From Verrucomicrobiota bacterium (GTDB taxonomy: Bacteria > Verrucomicrobiota > Verrucomicrobiia > Limisphaerales > CANJSG01): a stretch of 20,375 bases of DNA. Where the stretch lies: positions 1-20,375 of the forward strand of contig JBBQXJ010000083.1 in the NCBI GenBank assembly GCA_038209745.1, given 5' to 3'. Numbering within the stretch: the stretch's first letter is position 1; the number at the start of each line of letters is the position of its first letter. The notes below the pieces were generated by a model that was not told where the DNA came from, searched no databases, and saw only the letters and a program-made list of their open reading frames with translations. The translations under genes and the position numbers were made by a program. This document shows, piece after piece, positions 15,383 to 20,375 of the stretch.

Positions 15383-16342
15383 TCACTTCGGCAGCCACTT
15401 GTCCCAGTTCTTGGCGAAGGCATCGACGTTGTCCTTGGTCACGGGCACCAGGGTGCTGACGTCCTTCACCGCCGGCGGATTCTTCTTCAGGTAGATCTTG
15501 TTGATCAGGTGCTCGGTCGAGCGGTAGCCCCATTCGTAGACCTTTTGTGCCAGCAGGATCTGCACGTGGCCGCTCCGAAGATAGCCGAGCTGCGCGGGCA
15601 AGGCGTCGACCGACACGACCTTCACCGTGCCAGGGGACCACTTGAGCGCGTTGTCGGTGAAGAGCGGCCAGCCGCCGATCATGGCCCAGCCCGTGATGTC
15701 GGGATTGGCCTGCATGACCTGCTCCACCTTCGCGGCGGCGTCCTGCGGCGTCTCCTTGTGGTAGTAGGCGTCGCGGATGGAGATGCCCGGATACTTCTTG
15801 GCCGCCTCGCGCACTCCCTTCACGCGGAGCTGGAGATTCGGCGCGTTCTGGTTGCCGGCGAGAATGGCGACCACGCCCTTGCCTCCCATGACCTTGGCCA
15901 GTTCGTCCATGACCTGTTCACCGCATTTGATGTCGTCCACGCCATAGGTGACGAAGCGTTTACTGGCGGCGGCGTCGGAATCGAAGGTCGCGACGGGAAC
16001 GCCGCTGTCGACGGCTTTGTTGATCGCGTCGGTCAGCTTGTTCGCGTCCGAGCAGGCCACGGCGATGCCGTCCGCTCCGGTGAGCACGAGCTGCTCGATG
16101 GCTTCGGCCTGCTTCTGGGCGTCCTCTTCGTTGGGGGTGCGCCAGTCGATCTTGATGGTGATGCCGTATTTCGCGCCCAGTTCCTTCGCGGCGTCGTTCG
16201 CGCCGACGCGCGCGGCCTGGAAGACAGGATTGCCCTGCGACTTGGCCACCAGGCCGATGGTGAAGTTCTTGCGCCCCTGGGCATAGGTGCTGAGGGAGAG
16301 CGCCAAGGCGGCGGCCGTGAGGAGGAACGTGCGACGTTTCAT
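15383..16342 (-). CDS. Periplasmic sugar-binding protein, RbsB/type I PBP family (319 aa)
   Basis: IGLVAKSQGNPVF, ADGIAVA, GVPVATFDSD, G.D....G, NLQLRVKG, VVSVD and LLAQKVYEWGY. Signal peptide MKRRTFLLTAAALALSLSTYA from ATG 16342. Confidence 0.92.
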   Translation of the reverse strand: MKRRTFLLTAAALALSLSTYAQGRKNFTIGLVAKSQGNPVFQAARVGANDAAKELGAKYGITIKIDWRTPNEEDAQKQAEAIEQLVLTGADGIAVACSDANKLTDAINKAVDSGVPVATFDSDAAASKRFVTYGVDDIKCGEQVMDELAKVMGGKGVVAILAGNQNAPNLQLRVKGVREAAKKYPGISIRDAYYHKETPQDAAAKVEQVMQANPDITGWAMIGGWPLFTDNALKWSPGTVKVVSVDALPAQLGYLRSGHVQILLAQKVYEWGYRSTEHLINKIYLKKNPPAVKDVSTLVPVTKDNVDAFAKNWDKWLPK

Positions 16343-16455
16343 GGGCAAAATGGGTTGCGGGTGAACGCCGGTATTTCGGGAAGGAAGGCCGATCGGTGCA
16401 AGGTCAAAGCTGACTTCATCCATCCTCGGCCGAGGTAACAAAAGACGTCTAACCA

Positions 16456-16604
16456 GTAGGGACGGTTCGCCAAGCCGTCCCAGATTCGAGCGGAGCGGGG
16501 CGACCGGAGGGAGCATCTCGGCCAGCCGTCCACCTTCCGAAAGGATCGCTCTGCTCGCACCGCCTGCGGCGGTAGATGGGGCCATTTCGGCGAAATGTTC
16601 CTAC
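16456..16604. repeat. GTAG-type REP doublet (REPIN/BIME-like) with a structured interior
   Basis: Left GTAGGGACGGTTCGCCAAGCCGTCCC (16456-16481). Right, reverse-complemented, GTAGGAACATTTCGCCGAAATGGCCCC (16578-16604). Each is GTAG plus a hairpin with a CGCC[A/G] loop. Confidence 0.7.
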
Positions 16605-16693
16605 CCCGCCGCCGCGCCTCGTCTTGATGCGTCGGCCAAGTCGCCCATCCCCCGTCTCGACTTCCCGCCCGGGCCGCCGCCAACGTCTCCGCC

Positions 16694-17452
16694 GTGGATC
16701 CCGCTCCTGCCAATACTTTGCCGCCGCTGACCGCCTCGACGCTCTATCTCGTCGCCACGCCGATCGGGAACCTCGAGGACATCACGCTGCGCGCGCTGCG
16801 GACCTTGAAGGAGTGCGACGTCATCGCCGCTGAAGACACCCGCCGCACCGGACAGTTGCTGACCCATTTCGGCTTCCGCAAACCGATGGTCAGCTATCAC
16901 AAGTTCAACGAAGCCAGCCGCAGCGAAGAGATCATCCGCCGCCTGGGCGCGGGCGAGAAGGTCGCCTTGGTCAGCGATGCCGGCAGCCCCGGCATCAGCG
17001 ATCCCGGCGAACGGGTGGTGCGCGCCGCCGTCGCCGCCGGCTATCGCGTGGAAGCCGTGCCCGGCGCCTGCGCCCTCATCGGCGCGCTCACCGCCAGCGG
17101 CCTGCCGACGGACGAGTTTCATTTCATCGGCTTCCTTCCGCACAAGTCCGGCCAACGCCGCAAGAAACTGGAAAGCCTGAAGGCCTTCGACGGCACGCTC
17201 GTGCTCTACGAATCACCCTATCGTGTGGAAAAACTGCTGGGCGAACTGATGGAAGTGATGCCCGCCCGAAGCGTGGTCTTCGCCCGCGAGCTGACCAAGA
17301 AGTTCGAGGAGTTCCTGCGCGGCACACCGGCCGAAATCGCGGCCAAGCTCAAGGGCCGCTCCATCAAGGGTGAATTCGTCGTGGTGATCGGACCGGCGAC
17401 CGGGGCGGACCTCGCGGCCAAAGACCCGACGGATGCCGCAGCCCCGGAGTAG
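16694..17452 (+). CDS. rsmI: 16S rRNA (cytidine1402-2'-O)-methyltransferase
   Basis: LYLVATPIGNLEDITLRAL, IAAEDTR, VSDAGSPGISDPG, FIGFLP, YESPYR, ARELTKKFEE and KGEFVVV. Start is GTG 16694 or TTG 16718. Confidence 0.96.
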   Translation: MDPAPANTLPPLTASTLYLVATPIGNLEDITLRALRTLKECDVIAAEDTRRTGQLLTHFGFRKPMVSYHKFNEASRSEEIIRRLGAGEKVALVSDAGSPGISDPGERVVRAAVAAGYRVEAVPGACALIGALTASGLPTDEFHFIGFLPHKSGQRRKKLESLKAFDGTLVLYESPYRVEKLLGELMEVMPARSVVFARELTKKFEEFLRGTPAEIAAKLKGRSIKGEFVVVIGPATGADLAAKDPTDAAAPE

Positions 17453-17481
17453 TGTCGTTGCCCGGGCAAGATCGCTTCCGG

Positions 17482-18117
17482 TCAGAAGAGGCCGCCGCTG
17501 GGCGCTTTGAACATCATGCCGGCGGCCGCCTTGACCGTGATCAGGTAGGCCACGGATTCGAGGTTCGTCGCGGTGATATTGGTGAAGGTCTGGTTCCGGA
17601 GGTTGATCGGCATGTCCACCATCCGTTCTGGATGGTCGGGATCGGGAAACCGCAGCGTGCCGATCGAGAGGGTCAGGTTGTTGATGCCGCCGAAGGCGAG
17701 CTCGGCCTGATTCGTCTTCGCCGGATTGGTCAGGTGTTCCCAATGCTTCGGGTCCGCGAGTTCCCTGGAAATGTTCGCCTCGGCGATGTCGAGCCGCAGT
17801 TCCCGAAACGTGAGCCGATTCGTTTCGGCCGACTTCAGGTCGAGCGCGACGAAGACCTCCGGAATATCCATCACCAGGGCGCCGCCGAGGGTCGCCGGCT
17901 CGAAGAACTTCATCCCCCGGATCCGGACCTCGCCGGAGAACGGTTTGAAGGAGAAGGATTCCACCGTCGCCTCAAGCCCGGTCTGCTTCTCCACCGCAGA
18001 GACGAGAAACCGCTTCATCAGCGGATTGATCGCCAGCCAGGTCGTGATCAACGCCGCGACGATCAGGGTCGCGACGATGCCGCAACCGATCAGGATCTTC
18101 TTGCGGGTGATGCGCAT
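17482..18117 (-). CDS. AsmA/DUF748-like membrane-anchored protein (211 aa)
   Basis: N-terminal anchor MRITRKKILIGCGIVATLIVAALI, then VEKQTGLEATVESFSFKPFSGEVRIRG...P, typical of AsmA-like N-termini. ATG 18117 lies 11 bp after the upstream stop. Confidence 0.7.
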   Translation of the reverse strand: MRITRKKILIGCGIVATLIVAALITTWLAINPLMKRFLVSAVEKQTGLEATVESFSFKPFSGEVRIRGMKFFEPATLGGALVMDIPEVFVALDLKSAETNRLTFRELRLDIAEANISRELADPKHWEHLTNPAKTNQAELAFGGINNLTLSIGTLRFPDPDHPERMVDMPINLRNQTFTNITATNLESVAYLITVKAAAGMMFKAPSGGLF

Positions 18118-18128
18118 GGCGCGGGTCG

Positions 18129-18740
18129 CTAGCAGACTTCGATGTCCTCGGCCCGGACGTCGAGACACTCGTCCTGGTCTTCCCAGAGCATGGCGGTGTA
18201 GTGGTTCAACAACTCTGGGGCCAGTTCCGTCGCCGCTTCCGCGAGGAGCTTCTCGGCCTGCGCGGCCGCATCCTCGAAGGCCTTGTCGTAGTCGCCGGAA
18301 CGCTTCCGCTGGCGGTCGTCCCAGTGCGCGACCTGATGGACGACGGCGTAGCGGGCGGCCCAGTCCTTGATCGAGGGTTTGACCGCTTCCGGCAAATCGT
18401 CGAAAGCCACCGCCGTGCCGCCGCAGTGCTGGCAGATCAGTCCCGTCTCGGCGATGTCGCGGGTGAAGAGCGGCACCAGCGGCGCCCGGCAGCATTCCGC
18501 GAGCTGGTAGGCGGCGGGCACGTTTACGATGCGTTTGAGCCAGATGTCGCGGTCGTTGGCCAGCGTGGCGGCGAGCCGATAGGAGCCAACCAAGGGATGG
18601 GAGAGCCGCCAGACATGGGTCTCGAGCTGGCCCAGCGTCTGCGCCATCCAGCGCGCCAGGGTAAGATCGTCCCACTGCTTGAACACGCAGCCGTATTCTC
18701 GCCAGAGACGGTCCAAGGGGGCTTCAGTCTGATCGGACAT
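18129..18740 (-). CDS. Hypothetical protein with a putative Zn ribbon (ECC...CQHC), 203 aa
   Basis: Protein-like composition with GC3-rich codons. Cys pairs LAECCRAP and LICQHCGG. Start is ATG 18740 (alternatives 18749, 18752). Confidence 0.8.
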   Translation of the reverse strand: MSDQTEAPLDRLWREYGCVFKQWDDLTLARWMAQTLGQLETHVWRLSHPLVGSYRLAATLANDRDIWLKRIVNVPAAYQLAECCRAPLVPLFTRDIAETGLICQHCGGTAVAFDDLPEAVKPSIKDWAARYAVVHQVAHWDDRQRKRSGDYDKAFEDAAAQAEKLLAEAATELAPELLNHYTAMLWEDQDECLDVRAEDIEVC

Positions 18741-18865
18741 GACCTTCATCATGCCGGAAGGCCCGTCGCGGTCAAAGTGCGAAGAATCCCTGTAGCCGGG
18801 ACGAAGGCCGGGCGTCCGGACCGGGCGCGACGTGGGATCGGCCGATCCATGCTGCGGGCGTGCGA

Positions 18866-18895
18866 GGCGGCGATTGGCGGCGATTGGCGGCGATT
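18866..18895. repeat. Tandem repeat, 3 x GGCGGCGATT
   Basis: Three exact 10-bp copies in intergenic DNA, followed by a degenerate fourth (gcggcgtt). Confidence 0.85.
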
Positions 18896-19012
18896 TTCGC
18901 GGCGTTGGTTTCAAAGAGGCGGTGCTCGCCGCCACGCCCGCCAGCGAGCCCTTCTATGCTGCCTCGGGCCACGCCACGGCCCAGCGTTACGAAGGGCCGC
19001 TGCGAGCGTGCC

Positions 19013-19423
19013 TCAACCCTTGGCCGGGGGTCGCAGCGAACGCCACGGTTCCTCACTGCTGACGTCCACCAGGAACGGTCCCGTGGCCGCCGACGGGGTC
19101 AAGATCGCCAAGATCACCGCGTCGCGCTCCGACGAATTGAAAGTCGCGTGGACGATGCCGGCGGGGATGTGGGCGACTTCGCCGGGTCTGAGGATCCGCT
19201 TCTCCTTCTCCACCCATTGCTCCACCTCGCCTTCGAGCACGTAGATGATCTCCTCGAGCTCGGGATGGGTGTGGAACGGATGGCCCTCTCCGGCGGGCAA
19301 CGCCGCACGACAGAGCTGGAGTCCCTTGGCCTCGGCGATCTCGGGACGGCAGAGCCAATAATTGGTGCGGCCCTTGAACTCTTCCTTCAGGGCTTCGGCT
19401 TCGGTGATGAATCGGTGGAGCAT
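19013..19423 (-). CDS. Cupin domain protein (136 aa)
   Basis: Motif 1 GHPFHTHPELEEIIYVLEG and motif 2 GEVAHIPAGIVHATFN. Confidence 0.9.
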   Translation of the reverse strand: MLHRFITEAEALKEEFKGRTNYWLCRPEIAEAKGLQLCRAALPAGEGHPFHTHPELEEIIYVLEGEVEQWVEKEKRILRPGEVAHIPAGIVHATFNSSERDAVILAILTPSAATGPFLVDVSSEEPWRSLRPPAKG

Positions 19424-19503
19424 GGCAAAAGGTGTTTAAGTAGACCGTGCGCGAGTCAGAGCCGGCCGGGCAAGAGGCCAAATCGGTCTCCTTCGCCGGG
19501 AGA

Positions 19504-20127
19504 TCAGTGCTTCTTGGCAAATTCGACGAAGTTCTCGAGGAGCTTCAACCCCACGTCCTGGCTCTTTTCCGGATGAAACTGCGTGGCGAACACGTTGTCG
19601 CGCCACACGGCGGACGTGAAGGTGTCGCCGTATTCCGTCGTCGTGGCCACGACCGAGGGATCCGTCGGCCGAGGGTAGAAGCTGTGGACGAAGTAGACGA
19701 AGCTGCCGTCGGCCACGCCTTTCAGCATCGGGCACTCGGACCGTTCGATCTTCAATTGGTTCCAGCCGATCTGCGGGATCTTCAGCCCCGGTCGTTCGGT
19801 GAACCGGACGACGCTCCCACCGAAGACACCCAGTCCGGCGGCACAGCTGTCGAACTCCTCGCTCCGGTCGAACAACGCCTGGTAGCCGACACAGATTCCG
19901 AAGAAGGGTTTGCCCGCGTCGATGGCTTCCTTCACCGCGCCGAGCAGCTCCTGTTTACGGAGCGCGTTGACGCAGTCGTCGAACGCGCCGACGCCCGGCA
20001 GCACCACTGCGTGGGCGTCCTTCACGGCTGCGGGGTCACGGACCACCTTTACGTCCGCCCCGACCTTCAACAGCGCCCGGTGGGCGCTGCGGAGGTTGCC
20101 GGAATCATAGTCGATCAACGCGATCAT
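19504..20127 (-). CDS. hisH: Imidazole glycerol phosphate synthase, glutamine amidotransferase subunit (207 aa)
   Basis: IDYDSGNLRS, LPGVGAF, GICVGYQ (nucleophile Cys), IPQIGWN, YFVHSF and QFHPEKS. Confidence 0.97.
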   Translation of the reverse strand: MIALIDYDSGNLRSAHRALLKVGADVKVVRDPAAVKDAHAVVLPGVGAFDDCVNALRKQELLGAVKEAIDAGKPFFGICVGYQALFDRSEEFDSCAAGLGVFGGSVVRFTERPGLKIPQIGWNQLKIERSECPMLKGVADGSFVYFVHSFYPRPTDPSVVATTTEYGDTFTSAVWRDNVFATQFHPEKSQDVGLKLLENFVEFAKKH

Positions 20128-20243
20128 GTCCCCTGAGCTTGCGGGCGGACCTTGGCCGAACGCAAACGGCGAAATCCATCGGATGCCGACCCGCTCCTCC
20201 GCGCCATCGCACCTAGCTCGCCGCGCGGTTGGAGCCCAAAACA

Positions 20244-20375
20244 GGTTCCTCGCTGTTTTCAGTGGGTGGAGGGTAGGTCGAGGCGGCCGGCGGTGAAGTA
20301 GAGCATGGTGATGAGGTTCTTGGTGGAGCGGAAGCCGCGGGCCTTGCGCTTGACGGCGGAGAAGACGCTGTTGAG
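20244..20375 (-). mobile_element. Right end of an ISL3-family insertion sequence (truncated by the window edge)
   Basis: Terminal GGTTCCTCGCTGTTTTCAGTGGGT overlaps the transposase stop codon, as is typical of ISL3 right inverted repeats. Confidence 0.85.
20259..20375 (-). CDS. ISL3-family transposase, C-terminal 38 aa (partial)
   Basis: Translated by hand (not in the ORF track): LNSVFSAVKRKARGFRSTKNLITMLYFTAGRLDLPSTH*. It carries the ISL3 N...KR.ARGFR signature. Confidence 0.9.
   Translation of the reverse strand, partial: LNSVFSAVKRKARGFRSTKNLITMLYFTAGRLDLPSTH

Noticed and set aside
16343..16585. N-terminal extension of the sugar-binding protein ORF (includes GRLGEPSL)
   Set aside because: It is a translation of the REP element. 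The signal peptide starts at ATG 16342.
1..20375. CRISPR array, tRNA or rRNA genes
   Set aside because: No regularly spaced repeat-spacer units, tRNA cloverleaf with T-loop consensus, or rRNA-like sequence was seen.

Overview
High-GC bacterial chromosome segment. It is most likely from a Verrucomicrobiota (Limisphaerales/Pedosphaera-like) organism, inferred from the [14 protein letters not shown] pilin-like protein with an H-x-DGH tail, a secreted protein ending in W...FYR, and the GTAG-type REP style. Housekeeping genes are galE, rpoN, a YycJ/WalJ-like MBL hydrolase, rsmI and hisH. Accessory genes are a secreted SGNH esterase, a pilin-like protein, a 1339-aa modular surface protein, a secreted glycerophosphodiester phosphodiesterase (GDPD), a GH39 beta-xylosidase, an orphan sugar-binding protein, a low-GC SMI1/KNR4-like gene, an AsmA-like protein, a Zn-ribbon-like protein and a cupin. 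The window ends inside an ISL3-family IS. Best leads: (i) a pilin-like / giant surface protein / GDPD trio whose promoter regions share phased TGTCAC (Pho-box-like) repeats, a candidate phosphate-scavenging export module; (ii) an SGNH acetylesterase pseudogene collapsed by a deletion at an 8-bp microhomology; (iii) a reverse-oriented sigma54 site in front of rpoN; (iv) a near-consensus CRP-type palindrome upstream of the GH39 gene; (v) several structured intergenic elements. All calls come from reading motifs by eye; no searches were run.
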